A stretch of DNA of 64,000 bases from Acidobacteriota bacterium (GCA_046735235.1 JBKPSY010000027.1:2389-66388), one strand, 5' to 3'. Positions 9,255 to 24,729 are shown, counted from the stretch's first letter. The notes: generated by a model not told the origin, from the letters alone. Made by a program: numbers and translations.

Positions 9255-11531
9255 ATGGACTTCACTTCCGGACTGAATCCCGAACAACGCGACGCGGTCT
9301 TGCAGAGCGACGGGGCCGTGCTGATCCTCGCCGGCGCCGGCTCGGGGAAGACACGCGTGATCGCGCACCGCATCGCACACATCGTCTCGACTGGGCTCGC
9401 TTCCGCGGACGGCGTCCTCGCGGTGACGTTCACGAACAAGGCCGCCGAGGAGATGCGCTCGCGCGTCGCGGCGCTGCTGCAGGCCGACTGCTCGCGGATG
9501 TGGATCTCGACGTTCCACTCCTTGTGCGCGCGGCTGCTGCGCCGCGAAGCCCCGGCGATCGGCCTGTCACGCGACTTCGTGATCTACGACTCGTCGGATC
9601 AGCTGTCGGTGGTCAAGCAGGCGCTGAAGGCGCTGAACATCGACGACTCGCTGGTGCAGCCGCGGGCGGCCCTCTCGCGAATCAGCCACGCGAAGAACAC
9701 GATGCAGGGGCCCGAGACGTTCGCCTCGGGATGGAATCCGCGGGACAAGCAGATCGGGCAGATCTACGAGTTCTACCGGAATGCGCTGACCGAGAGCCAC
9801 GCGCTCGACTTCGACGACCTCCTGCTCAAGACGCTGGAGCTGGTGGAAAAGTCGGAGTCGGTCCGGACGCGCTACGCCCGACAGTTCCGGTATGTCATGG
9901 TGGACGAATACCAGGACACGAACCGGCCGCAGTACCTGCTCGTCAAGCGGCTCGCCGAGCATCATCGGAACATCTGCGTCGTCGGCGACCCGGACCAGTC
10001 GATCTACAAGTGGCGCGGCGCGGATCTCCGGAACATCCTCGACTTCGAGACGGACTTCCCGAACCCGGCGATTGTCCGCCTGGAGCGCAATTACCGGTCG
10101 ACGCAGGTCATCCTGGACGCCGCGTCGGCGGTGATCAGCCAGAACCGCAACCGCAAGGAAAAGCGTCTCTGGACCGACAAGGAGGGCGGCGCCAGGGTGC
10201 TGTATTTCCGCGGCAGCGACGAGCTCGAGGAAGCCGACTTCATCACCAGGACGACACGGCGCGCTCTCCAGGAGGACTCGAACGGCCTGGCCGCCGTGCT
10301 CTACCGGACGAACTCCCAGTCGCGCGCCATCGAAGACGCGCTCATGCGTGAAGGCATCGCCTACAAGATCGTCGGCGGTGTCCGGTTCTACGAGCGCAAG
10401 GAAATCAAGGACGCCATCGCGTACCTGAAGCTCATCGTCAATCCGTACGACGACGTGAGCGTCAGACGCGTGATCAACGTGCCGGCGCGCGGCATCGGGA
10501 AGGGCGTGATGGACGGGCTCGACTCACTCGGTCCGCCGGCGGATCTGCCGCCGCTGCTCGCCGCCGGGCTCGATCCGGTGGCGTCGTCGAATTCGCTGTG
10601 GGTGAAGATCGAGCGAGCGATCAACGAGCGCGCGCTGACGCCGCGCGCGACCGCGTCGCTGACCGTGTTCCGCGATCTGATTGTCGCGCTGACGGAGATG
10701 GCCCGCGTCGATTCGGTGTCGATCGCCGTCGGGAAGGCGCTCGATCAGTCCGGATACCTGCGCGACCTGCGCGAGGACCGCAGCGAGGAGGCGGAGGCGC
10801 GGATCGAGAACTTGGCGGAGCTCGTGTCGGCCGCGCGTGAATACGAAGCGCGTGATCCGGAGCCGTCGCTCGGCGGGTTCGTCGATCAGTTGTCGCTGCT
10901 GTCGGAAGCCGACGAGGTGGACGGAACGCGCGATGCGCGTGTCTGGCTGATGACGCTCCATTCCGCGAAGGGGCTGGAGTTCCCGATCGTGTTCATGGCA
11001 GGCCTCGAGGACGGCCTGTTCCCGCACTCACGCGCGCGAGACGACGAAGCGGAGCTCGAGGAGGAGCGGCGCCTCTGTTATGTGGGGATGACGAGAGCGC
11101 GCGAGCGGCTCGTGCTCACGAGCGCGGCGCGCAGGCGAGTCTTCGGCGACTATCAGCAGACGGCCCCCTCACGATTCCTCGACGAGGTGCCGGCGGAGCT
11201 GATCGAGCTGGCCACGGGATTCCAGAGCTCGTACCAGCGCAACTTCCCGAGCCACGAGTTCCGGCCGAATCCGTACGGCCGCGGCGGGCGCAGCGGCGGC
11301 GGCCGGGTCCGAGAGACCCCGGAGACCGCGTTTGCCGCATACGAGAACGAGGATCAGTCCGCGTCAGGCGGCGGCAACCCCAGGCCCGGCGCACGCGTCA
11401 GGCACGCCCAGTTCGGCGTCGGCACCGTCATCAGCGTCGAGCCGCTCGAGGACGACGCGAAGATCGTGGTCCGGTTCCCGATCGGACAGAAGACGCTCCG
11501 GGCGAAGTACGCGCGGCTGCAACCGGCATAA
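9255..11531 (+). CDS. pcrA: ATP-dependent DNA helicase PcrA/UvrD (SF1)
   Basis: 758 aa with AGAGSGKT Walker A, the DEYQDTN motif and a C-terminal VRHAQFGVGTV domain. Confidence 0.93.
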   Translation: MDFTSGLNPEQRDAVLQSDGAVLILAGAGSGKTRVIAHRIAHIVSTGLASADGVLAVTFTNKAAEEMRSRVAALLQADCSRMWISTFHSLCARLLRREAPAIGLSRDFVIYDSSDQLSVVKQALKALNIDDSLVQPRAALSRISHAKNTMQGPETFASGWNPRDKQIGQIYEFYRNALTESHALDFDDLLLKTLELVEKSESVRTRYARQFRYVMVDEYQDTNRPQYLLVKRLAEHHRNICVVGDPDQSIYKWRGADLRNILDFETDFPNPAIVRLERNYRSTQVILDAASAVISQNRNRKEKRLWTDKEGGARVLYFRGSDELEEADFITRTTRRALQEDSNGLAAVLYRTNSQSRAIEDALMREGIAYKIVGGVRFYERKEIKDAIAYLKLIVNPYDDVSVRRVINVPARGIGKGVMDGLDSLGPPADLPPLLAAGLDPVASSNSLWVKIERAINERALTPRATASLTVFRDLIVALTEMARVDSVSIAVGKALDQSGYLRDLREDRSEEAEARIENLAELVSAAREYEARDPEPSLGGFVDQLSLLSEADEVDGTRDARVWLMTLHSAKGLEFPIVFMAGLEDGLFPHSRARDDEAELEEERRLCYVGMTRARERLVLTSAARRRVFGDYQQTAPSRFLDEVPAELIELATGFQSSYQRNFPSHEFRPNPYGRGGRSGGGRVRETPETAFAAYENEDQSASGGGNPRPGARVRHAQFGVGTVISVEPLEDDAKIVVRFPIGQKTLRAKYARLQPA

Positions 11532-11564
11532 CCCCCGCCTTCGCGCTCCGGCGCTTCGGCGAGG

Positions 11565-11596
11565 CAAGCCCGATGGAACTTCGCTATGCGGGCTTG
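11565..11596. terminator. stem-loop between convergent pcrA and the lipoprotein gene (possible bidirectional terminator)
   Basis: CAAGCCCG ... CGGGCTTG, an 8-bp stem with a 16-nt loop. It includes the lipoprotein TAG stop. There is no clear U-tract. Confidence 0.3.
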
Positions 11597-12297
11597 ACCG
11601 ACGCGACGATCCAGCGCCCGGTGACTGCCTTGCCGCTCTGGTCCTTCGCCTTCGCACGCATCAGGACGGCCTTGAGGTTCTTCGTGGTCGGCGGGCCGTT
11701 CGGCGGGCGGACGCTGGCCGCCACCAACACTTCCTTCGTCGCCATCTCGACGTCGAGCGTGGTCGCATCCACGGTTGCGCCGTTCGGTCGCGACAGGCTC
11801 AGCTCGGCCATGCCGCGCGCGTCGCTCAGCTTGCGCTGCGCGTCTGACACGGCCTTGCGCTTGTCGTTGCCTTCCTGGACCCATTTGTCCCAGGACGACT
11901 TCAACGCCTGGTCCTTCGGCGGAATCGGCTTGTTCTCGGCCTCGAGCTTTGCGAACCGCGCGATGGCCGCGGAGTTGGCGTTGTAGAACTCGCGACGCTT
12001 GGTGGTGGCCTCGGTGTCGGCAGCCTTCGCGTCTTCGATGTCCTTGACGTACTGCTTCAGAGGAACGGGCGCCACCTTCTCATCGGTCACGCTGGTGACG
12101 TCGAAGCTCTCGACGACTCCTTCGGTGCGCGGGTCGAAGGTGGCGGTCGCGAAGTTGCCCAGCGTGAGGTCGTCCCTCAGCCGCGAGGCGCGGAAGAAAT
12201 CACCGAGCAGTTTCTTTTCCGAGGAACCCGAGCACCCGGCTGCAAACGCAAGGACTGCGGCAACGAGCACGAGTCCCGTCCTCCAGCGCCGTGGCAT
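11584..12297 (-). CDS. hypothetical lipoprotein
   Basis: 237 aa with a signal peptide ending in the lipobox LAFAAGC. I recognise no family. Confidence 0.6.
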   Translation of the reverse strand: MPRRWRTGLVLVAAVLAFAAGCSGSSEKKLLGDFFRASRLRDDLTLGNFATATFDPRTEGVVESFDVTSVTDEKVAPVPLKQYVKDIEDAKAADTEATTKRREFYNANSAAIARFAKLEAENKPIPPKDQALKSSWDKWVQEGNDKRKAVSDAQRKLSDARGMAELSLSRPNGATVDATTLDVEMATKEVLVAASVRPPNGPPTTKNLKAVLMRAKAKDQSGKAVTGRWIVASVKPA

Positions 12298-12310
12298 GAC
12301 TGCCTCCTTG

Positions 12311-12329
12311 GCAGGCCTGAAGGCCTGCG

Positions 12330-12333
<4 letters not shown>
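12311..12333. repeat. single REP unit
   Basis: GCAGGCCTGAAGGCCTGCGCTAC. The gyrA stop (CTA on the plus strand, 12330-12332) is inside the CTAC head. Confidence 0.8.
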
Positions 12334-14891
<2,558 letters not shown>

Positions 14892-14910
14892 GGTTTCTTG
14901 GGCCGTGTAG

Positions 14911-14983
14911 GGGTCGGCGGCCAGGGCCAGGGGCCAGCGTGACTCGTGTGACGCGCTGAATCCTGATCCCTGCTCCCTGGACC
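14911..14983. repeat. imperfect hairpin with CCAGGG / GATCAGG tandem-unit arms (gyrB-gyrA spacer)
   Basis: GGGTCGGCGGCCAGGGCCAGGGGCCAG ... CCTGATCCCTGCTCCCTGGACCC. Confidence 0.65.
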
Positions 14984-18756
<3,773 letters not shown>

Positions 18757-19039
18757 GTGGCGATGACCTCGAGTGGTGTGGGTGCCGCCCGGAACCGGTG
18801 TTTCCTTCTTAGTTCCAGGAGTTTTAGAGGATCAAGAAATTATACTGAAAATAGGTGCTGTCGAAAAGCACAATCTGAAAGTTTTAGTCCTTACGGGACA
18901 ATAACTTAGGCTGTGCAAGTTTCTGTGGATGAGGGGCCGTGCGTCCTGGCGCTGCAGACTGTGGAAAACCCGCCGTCTCAGCCGGTCCACAGCCGGGCTT
19001 ACCCGGGGACCGGTGGAAGCCTGTGGAAAGCGCGAAATC
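18757..19039. other. candidate oriC segment (AT-rich unwinding region plus DnaA boxes) in the dnaA-dnaN spacer
   Basis: About 18801-18925 is conspicuously AT-rich in a GC-rich genome. It is followed by same-orientation boxes TGTGGATGA (18924-18932), TGTGGAAAA (18960-18968) and TGTGGAAAG (19022-19030). Confidence 0.6.
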
Positions 19040-20401
19040 CTACCGGAAAGACTCGAGGAGGTTGTGGATGAGGGTGTTGAAATCTCCGTCCCGCTTTCGC
19101 ATGTCCTCGATCTTGCGGATGGAGTGAATCACCGTCGAGTGGTGCTTGCCGCCGTAGCTGCGGCCAATCTCCGGCAGCGACGCGTGCGTGAGTTGCTTGC
19201 ACAAGTACATCGCAACCTGGCGGGGGATGGCGACCGACTTCGAATTGTTGCGCGACTTCAGGTCCGCGACCTTCAACTGATAGTAGTCGGCGACGAACTT
19301 CTGGATGATCTCGATCGTGACGGCCTTCTCGTCGTGATCCAGGATGTTCTTCAGCACGTCCTGCGCGAGCGTGAGCGAGATCGCCGAGTTCGTGAGCGAC
19401 GCATACGCAACCAGGCGCGTGAGCGATCCTTCGAGCTCGCGGATGTTCGACTTGATCTTCCCGGCGATGTAGATCGCGACGTTGTCGGGCAGCGGCACCG
19501 CGTCGGCTTCCGCTTTTTTCTTCAAAATCGCGACTTTTGTCTCGAGATCGGGCGGTTGGATGTCCGCAATCAAGCCCCACTCGAACCGCGATCGCAAGCG
19601 CTCTTCGAGCTGCGGAATTTCGTGCGGCGGACAGTCGCTGCTGATGACGATCTGCTTCTGCGAGTCGTAGAGCGCGTTGAACGTGTGGAAGAACTCGGTC
19701 TGCGTGCCTTCCTTGCCCGCCAGAAACTGCACGTCGTCGACCAGCAGCACGTCGACCGACCGATAGCGTTCACGGAAGTCGAGGATCCGGTCGTACCTGA
19801 CCGCGTTGATCATCTCGTTCATGAACCGCTCGGACGAGATGTAGGTGAGTTTGAAGGACGGGTTGTGCTGCAGGACATAGCGTCCGACGGCGTGCATCAG
19901 GTGCGTCTTGCCAAGACCCACGCCGCCGTACACGAAGAGGGGGTTATAAGAGCGTGACGGTGCTTCGGCGACCGCGCGCGACGCCGCGTGCGCGAACTGG
20001 TTCGACGACCCGACGATGAAGGTCTCGAAGGTGTAGCGGGGGTTGAGACCCGCCGGCGCCGTGACCGGGTCCGGGGCTGCCGCTCCGATGTCCTCGCTCA
20101 GCCCGTCGAGAGCCGGCACAACCGCCGGGTCTGGAACCGGGGTGCGCTCGGGCGGCGGCGCCTGGCCCTCCGCCACGAACGAAATACCGGTTCCCGCGCG
20201 TCCCAGGTCGCTCAGGGCCTCGTTCAGCACCGCCGAGTAGTGTTTGTTCAGCCAGTCGCTGAAGAGGGCATTCGGAACCCGCACGACGATTGTCGTGCCC
20301 TGGTCCTCGACGTAAGCCGTGGGCTTGAACCAGGTGTTGTAGCTGTGCCGGTTGATTTTGACGTCGATCCGGGCCAGGACCTCGTCCCAGATATTGCTCA
20401 T
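19040..20401 (-). CDS. dnaA: chromosomal replication initiator protein DnaA
   Basis: 453 aa with an AAA+ core (GGVGLGKTHLMHA) and a C-terminal DnaA-box binding domain (GGKHHSTVIHS). Confidence 0.98.
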   Translation of the reverse strand: MSNIWDEVLARIDVKINRHSYNTWFKPTAYVEDQGTTIVVRVPNALFSDWLNKHYSAVLNEALSDLGRAGTGISFVAEGQAPPPERTPVPDPAVVPALDGLSEDIGAAAPDPVTAPAGLNPRYTFETFIVGSSNQFAHAASRAVAEAPSRSYNPLFVYGGVGLGKTHLMHAVGRYVLQHNPSFKLTYISSERFMNEMINAVRYDRILDFRERYRSVDVLLVDDVQFLAGKEGTQTEFFHTFNALYDSQKQIVISSDCPPHEIPQLEERLRSRFEWGLIADIQPPDLETKVAILKKKAEADAVPLPDNVAIYIAGKIKSNIRELEGSLTRLVAYASLTNSAISLTLAQDVLKNILDHDEKAVTIEIIQKFVADYYQLKVADLKSRNNSKSVAIPRQVAMYLCKQLTHASLPEIGRSYGGKHHSTVIHSIRKIEDMRKRDGDFNTLIHNLLESFR

Positions 20402-20580
20402 CTGCGGGACCGGTGCAAAGGCTGAGCTGGACTTTCGCCCAAAACTTGGCCTGAATTTACATACCGCTTACGCAAACGTCACCGCCGCCCAGAGGAAAAT
20501 CGGCCCGTAAGGCCTTTCGCCGTCGCTAAATACCAGAGATGCGGCCGATCCCCGGGCGGAACGTCCTTGTAAACCCCTGG

Positions 20581-20612
20581 TTTTCCACAATTTTTTCCAC
20601 AGGTGTGGAAAA
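20581..20612. promoter_or_regulatory. cluster of three DnaA boxes upstream of dnaA
   Basis: TTTTCCACA (20581-20589), TTTTCCACA (20593-20601) and inverted TGTGGAAAA (20604-20612). All match the relaxed consensus TTWTNCACA. Confidence 0.7.
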
Positions 20613-20692
20613 CTTTGGGAGGAACCCCCAACCGCGGGTCCTTCCGCGCACCCGGATCGCGGAGCGTAGCACACCGGGAACCCGCGCTGGAA

Positions 20693-20722
20693 TTGACAGT
20701 GCCAGCGTGGCTTGGCTACCAT
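20693..20722 (+). promoter_or_regulatory. candidate sigma70-type promoter for rpmH-rnpA-yidD-yidC
   Basis: TTGACA (20693-20698), an 18-bp spacer, then TACCAT (20717-20722), about 65 nt upstream of the rpmH ATG. Confidence 0.35.
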
Positions 20723-20786
20723 TTGAGGTTCGCCTGCACGGCCGGACGTCGGCGTCGGCGTGAGCCTGTGGGCCAAGGATTCTCCG

Positions 20787-20942
20787 ATGAGTAAGGGAAA
20801 GCGCACGTTTCAGCCGAACAACCGCCGGCGCCGCCGGACGCACGGATTCCTCGTCCGGATGCGGACGAAGAACGGCCAGACCGTCCTGAAGCGCCGTCGC
20901 GCCAAGGGCCGCAAGCGCCTGTCGGTTTCGTCCGAGCGGTAA
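20787..20942 (+). CDS. rpmH: 50S ribosomal protein L34
   Basis: 51 aa, [21 protein letters not shown].... The track ORF starts 9 codons upstream at a non-ATG codon. Confidence 0.95.
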   Translation: MSKGKRTFQPNNRRRRRTHGFLVRMRTKNGQTVLKRRRAKGRKRLSVSSER

Positions 20943-20943
20943 G

Positions 20944-20988
20944 ACCCGGGTCTCGCAGGTCCGGCGGGTCAGCCGGGTCGGTCAGGTC
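20944..20988. repeat. phased 9-bp GGTC iteron array (5 units)
   Basis: ACCCGGGTC TCGCAGGTC CGGCGGGTC AGCCGGGTC GGTCAGGTC, between rpmH and rnpA. Confidence 0.8.
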
Positions 20989-20993
20989 GTGAC

Positions 20994-21344
20994 ATGGACC
21001 AGCGATTCCGGGCCGTCGCCCATATCCGGCAACGCCGGGACTTCCAGACCGTCTACGACACCGGCCGCAAACTCCACGGCCGGACGATGACCATCTTCGC
21101 GCTCTCGAGGCCGGGCACCGGCTCGCGGCTCGGCATCGCGGCCACCAGAAAGCTCGGATCCGCCGTCGAGCGGAACCGGGCCAAGCGGCTCGTCCGGGAA
21201 CTCTTTCGACTGAACCCAGCCCCACCCGGCCTCGACATCGTGGTGGTGCCGCGGCGGGCGCTGTTCGATGCCACCTTCAGCAGTCTCCAAGCCGAGTATG
21301 TCGCCACTTTGGGGCGTCTCCGTCCGTCCGGACTCCGCGGCTAA
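20994..21344 (+). CDS. rnpA: ribonuclease P protein component
   Basis: 116 aa with a KLGSAVERNRAKRLVRE (RNR-box) motif. It follows rpmH as in most bacteria. Confidence 0.92.
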   Translation: MDQRFRAVAHIRQRRDFQTVYDTGRKLHGRTMTIFALSRPGTGSRLGIAATRKLGSAVERNRAKRLVRELFRLNPAPPGLDIVVVPRRALFDATFSSLQAEYVATLGRLRPSGLRG

Positions 21345-21576
21345 GCCGAGGCTCGCGGTCCGCGTGGCTCTGGGCGTGCTGCGCGGCTACAAGCTTCTAC
21401 TATCGCCGCTCTTCACCGGCGCCTGCCGGTTTCATCCGTCCTGTTCGAACTACATGGCCGAAGCCATCCGTGTGCACGGCGTCGTGCGCGGCGGCTGGCT
21501 GGGCCTCGTCCGGCTGAGCCGGTGCCACCCGTGGGGGTCCTCTGGCCACGACCCCGTCCCTGCCCGCCGGAACTGA
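21268..21576 (+). CDS. yidD: membrane protein insertion efficiency factor YidD
   Basis: Carries the CRFHPSCSNYMAEAIRVHG motif. The start is uncertain: the track ORF overlaps rnpA, and a GTG at 21364, just after the rnpA stop, would give a typical 70-aa product. Confidence 0.85.
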   Translation: MPPSAVSKPSMSPLWGVSVRPDSAAKPRLAVRVALGVLRGYKLLLSPLFTGACRFHPSCSNYMAEAIRVHGVVRGGWLGLVRLSRCHPWGSSGHDPVPARRN

Positions 21577-21585
21577 TCCGTTTTC

Positions 21586-23370
21586 ATGCAGAGCAATCAG
21601 CGCGTCCTTCTTGCCGTCCTTCTGTCGTTCCTCGTCCTCTGGGGTTACACGCTCCTCGTGCCGCCGCCCAAGAAACCGGCGGTTGCCCCCAGCGCTGCTG
21701 TGGCGGGCGGGACGGGTGCGACCGACGCGCATGCGGCCGGGACGTCTGCCGGCGGCCAGAGCGCGTCGGCCGGTGCGACCACGCCGCCTGCGGCCGCAAC
21801 GACGCCCGCCACGCCGGCGGCTGCAGCCACCGTCGCCGACACCGCCGAACACGACGTCGTCGTCGAGACGAAGCTGGTACACGCCGTGTTCAGCAACCGC
21901 GGGGGCGTCCTCACGAATTGGACGCTGAAGAAGTACACCGACCAGACGGGCCACTCCGTCGATCTCGTTCCGGCATCGCTGCCGCCTGGCGAGTCTCGTC
22001 CGTTCTCGGTGCGCCTGACGGATCCCGGGCGCACGGCTCTCGTGAACACGGCGCTCTTCCAGGCGAACACGCGCGGACCCGTGGACGCGACAGGCGCTCA
22101 GGTGACGCTCACGTTCAGCTACGAAGACGAGTCCGGCTTCCGCGCCAAGAAGACGTTCACGATTGCGCCCGAGTCGTACGTCATAACGTTCTCGATGGAT
22201 GTCGTCGACGGCAAGAACGCGCTCAACCCTGTCGTCGAATGGGGGCCCGGCCTGGGCGACAGCACGTTCCTGACGAACCAGAACTCGCGTTTCGCGACGT
22301 ACAACCAGCACTCACAGGCGATCGTCTACGCCGAGGGTTCGGTGAAACGGCTGCCATCGCCCAAGGTGCAGCAGCAGCCGACCTGGCAGGGCGACTACCC
22401 GTTTGCGGGAATCGACGATCACTATTTCATCGCGAGCCTCGTGCGGCCGGGTGTCGCGCGGCTCACGTATCGGCCGACGCTCGTGCCCGTGCCGGCGATC
22501 GCCGGCCAGCCCGCGGGCGAACGCGAGCTGATCTCGTTCGACGTCCTGTTCGCGACGCCACCTGCCAACGTGCGTGTGTTCCTGGGCCCGAAGGACTTCG
22601 ACATCCTGAAGTCGGTGGACGGGGATCTCGTCCGGTCGATCTACTACGGGATCTTCTCGCCGATTGCCGTGCCGCTGCTGCACGCGCTGAAGTGGATCGA
22701 CGGGTTCGTCGGCAACTTCGGGTGGTCGATCATCCTTCTCACCATCTTCATCAACATCGCAATCTTCCCGCTGCGCCACAAGAGCGTCGTGTCGATGCGG
22801 AAGATGCAGCAGCTGCAGCCGCAGGTGAAGGCGATCCAGGATCGCTACGCCGGGCTCGCGATGACGGATCCGAAGCGTCAGAAGCTGAACGAAGAGCTGA
22901 TGGCGCTGTACAAGGAGAAGGGCGTCAACCCGGCGAGCGGCTGCGTGCCGATGCTGCTCACGATGCCGATTCTCTTCGCGTTCTACTCGATGCTGTCGGT
23001 GTCGATCGAGCTGCGCGGCCAGCCGTTCGCGCTCTGGATCCACGACCTCTCACAGCACGACCCGTACTACATCACGCCGGTGCTGATGGGCCTCTCGATG
23101 CTCTGGCAGCAACGGATGACGCCGGTGGCCGATCCGCAGCAGGCGAAGATCATGATGATTACGCCCATCATGTTTCTGTTCTTCTTCCTGTGGGCACCCA
23201 GCGGCCTCGTGCTCTACTGGCTCGTGAGCAACCTGCTCGGCATCGGCCAGCAGCTGCTCACCAACCGAATGATCGGAGGCGCGCCGGCCGCGGCGCCGCG
23301 GCCTCCGGCAGAGCGGCGACTCAAGCAGGCCGGCGCCGGTCAGACCGACAGCGCGCGCGGCACACGGTGA
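21586..23370 (+). CDS. yidC: membrane protein insertase YidC
   Basis: 594 aa with an N-terminal TM helix, a large periplasmic domain and the C-terminal 5-TM 60-kDa IMP core (QPQVKAIQDRY..., GLVLYW). Confidence 0.96.
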   Translation: MQSNQRVLLAVLLSFLVLWGYTLLVPPPKKPAVAPSAAVAGGTGATDAHAAGTSAGGQSASAGATTPPAAATTPATPAAAATVADTAEHDVVVETKLVHAVFSNRGGVLTNWTLKKYTDQTGHSVDLVPASLPPGESRPFSVRLTDPGRTALVNTALFQANTRGPVDATGAQVTLTFSYEDESGFRAKKTFTIAPESYVITFSMDVVDGKNALNPVVEWGPGLGDSTFLTNQNSRFATYNQHSQAIVYAEGSVKRLPSPKVQQQPTWQGDYPFAGIDDHYFIASLVRPGVARLTYRPTLVPVPAIAGQPAGERELISFDVLFATPPANVRVFLGPKDFDILKSVDGDLVRSIYYGIFSPIAVPLLHALKWIDGFVGNFGWSIILLTIFINIAIFPLRHKSVVSMRKMQQLQPQVKAIQDRYAGLAMTDPKRQKLNEELMALYKEKGVNPASGCVPMLLTMPILFAFYSMLSVSIELRGQPFALWIHDLSQHDPYYITPVLMGLSMLWQQRMTPVADPQQAKIMMITPIMFLFFFLWAPSGLVLYWLVSNLLGIGQQLLTNRMIGGAPAAAPRPPAERRLKQAGAGQTDSARGTR

Positions 23371-23378
23371 TCCCGACC

Positions 23379-23840
23379 ATGACGACGACGAGCGAGCTGT
23401 CGCAGAAGCTGCACGACTTCGTGAGCGCGGTGCTGACCGCGATGGGTGCCGAGCCGAGCGTGGCGATCACCGAGTCGCCCGATGGCTTCCGGATCGACGT
23501 GGACGGCGACGGCGCGGAGACGCTGCTCTTCCATCGCGGCGATGCCCTGCGCGCCTTTCAGACGATCGTGAACACCACGTTCCGGCGCGAGCTGGGCGAC
23601 ACGCGCAAGGTGCTCGTCGACTGCCAGGGATTCCGGCGCGACAAGGACGCCGAGCTGAAGCAGATGGCGAAGTTCCTTGCCGAGAAGGTGCTGGCATCGG
23701 GGACGTCTCAGGAGATTGGCCCGCTCAATTCCTACGAGCGGCGGATCGTCCACATGGCGGTGTCGGAGATTGAGGGGCTGAGCTCCGAGAGCATCGGCGA
23801 CGCGGCGGTGAAGACCGTCATCATCAGCCCTCGCCGATAA
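23379..23840 (+). CDS. jag: Jag/KhpB-type RNA-binding protein (KH + R3H)
   Basis: 153 aa. It is the 3' part of track ORF 21522..23840. R3H signature YERRIVHMAV. The position after yidC is canonical. Confidence 0.85.
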   Translation: MTTTSELSQKLHDFVSAVLTAMGAEPSVAITESPDGFRIDVDGDGAETLLFHRGDALRAFQTIVNTTFRRELGDTRKVLVDCQGFRRDKDAELKQMAKFLAEKVLASGTSQEIGPLNSYERRIVHMAVSEIEGLSSESIGDAAVKTVIISPRR

Positions 23841-23849
23841 CGCGCTCCC

Positions 23850-23925
23850 CGCCGCAGCAGGCCGGGCCTCGGGCCGCACCGACAGCTATCGGACCGCCGC
23901 AGTAGGCCGGGCCTTCAGGCCCGGC
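23850..23925. repeat. two tandem, degenerate REP units after jag
   Basis: CGCCGCAGCAGGCCGGGCCTCGGGCC ... CGCCGCAGTAGGCCGGGCCTTCAGGCCCGGC. Confidence 0.65.
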
Positions 23926-24039
23926 GCCGACGACAGAATAGCAGCAATAACTTCTTTAGAATCAATAACTTACGCTGATTGTTGACGGACGGCACGCGAG
24001 GGCTTCCCCCAAAGCCGCCGTCTCGACTACTCTCACGTC

Positions 24040-24711
24040 GTGGCCGGGAAGAACCTTCACGATCGCCTGACCAGGCGCCTGCGCAAGGCCGGCCTCTCTC
24101 CCGACCGCGCGCTGCTCAACGGCCTCGAGCAGTATTTCCAGCTATTGGCGCGCTGGAACGCCAAAATCAACCTCACCGCCTTTTCTCTGGCGGATCCTAA
24201 CGACGAGGCGATCGACCGGTTGCTCGTCGAGCCCGTGGTCGCTGCGCGCCATCTGACCTCTGCGACCGCGATCATCGACATCGGGTCTGGCAGTGGCTCG
24301 CCAGCAATTCCGCTCCGGTTGGCGCTCGGACCCGCACGACTCACGCTCGTCGAAGCGAAGACGCGCAAAGCAGTGTTCCTTGTCGAGGCGCTGAGGCACC
24401 TCGAGATTGGCGATGGCTCGGTTGAGACCGCGCGCTTCGAGCAACTCCTGACTCGTCCAGAGCTTCATGAGGCGTTCGATGTGTTGACGATCCGGGCTGT
24501 CCGGGTCGAGGCACGAACGCTTCTGACGCTTCAAGCGTTCTTGCGCCCGGGCGGGCGGCTACTGTGGTTCCGCGGCCCAGGAGGACCCGATATCCCATCA
24601 GAAACCATCGTCCCCCTTTCTTGGGCCGCGACATATCCGCTTGTCGAAAGTCTCCGAAGCCGGCTGGTTGTTCTGACGAAGCAGAGCCATCACAGTCGGA
24701 CCAAGGCGTGA
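24040..24711 (+). CDS. rsmG: 16S rRNA (guanine527-N7)-methyltransferase
   Basis: 223 aa with LLARWNAKINLT and the SAM motif IDIGSGSGSPAIPL. Its GidB position before parAB is canonical. Confidence 0.9.
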   Translation: MAGKNLHDRLTRRLRKAGLSPDRALLNGLEQYFQLLARWNAKINLTAFSLADPNDEAIDRLLVEPVVAARHLTSATAIIDIGSGSGSPAIPLRLALGPARLTLVEAKTRKAVFLVEALRHLEIGDGSVETARFEQLLTRPELHEAFDVLTIRAVRVEARTLLTLQAFLRPGGRLLWFRGPGGPDIPSETIVPLSWAATYPLVESLRSRLVVLTKQSHHSRTKA

Positions 24712-24727
24712 CGTTCCACGTGGAACG
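24712..24727. promoter_or_regulatory. parS: parS centromere site 1
   Basis: CGTTCCACGTGGAACG, a perfect 16-bp palindrome matching the parS core GTTNCACGTGNAAC. It abuts the rsmG stop codon. Confidence 0.85.
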
Positions 24728-24729
24728 GG

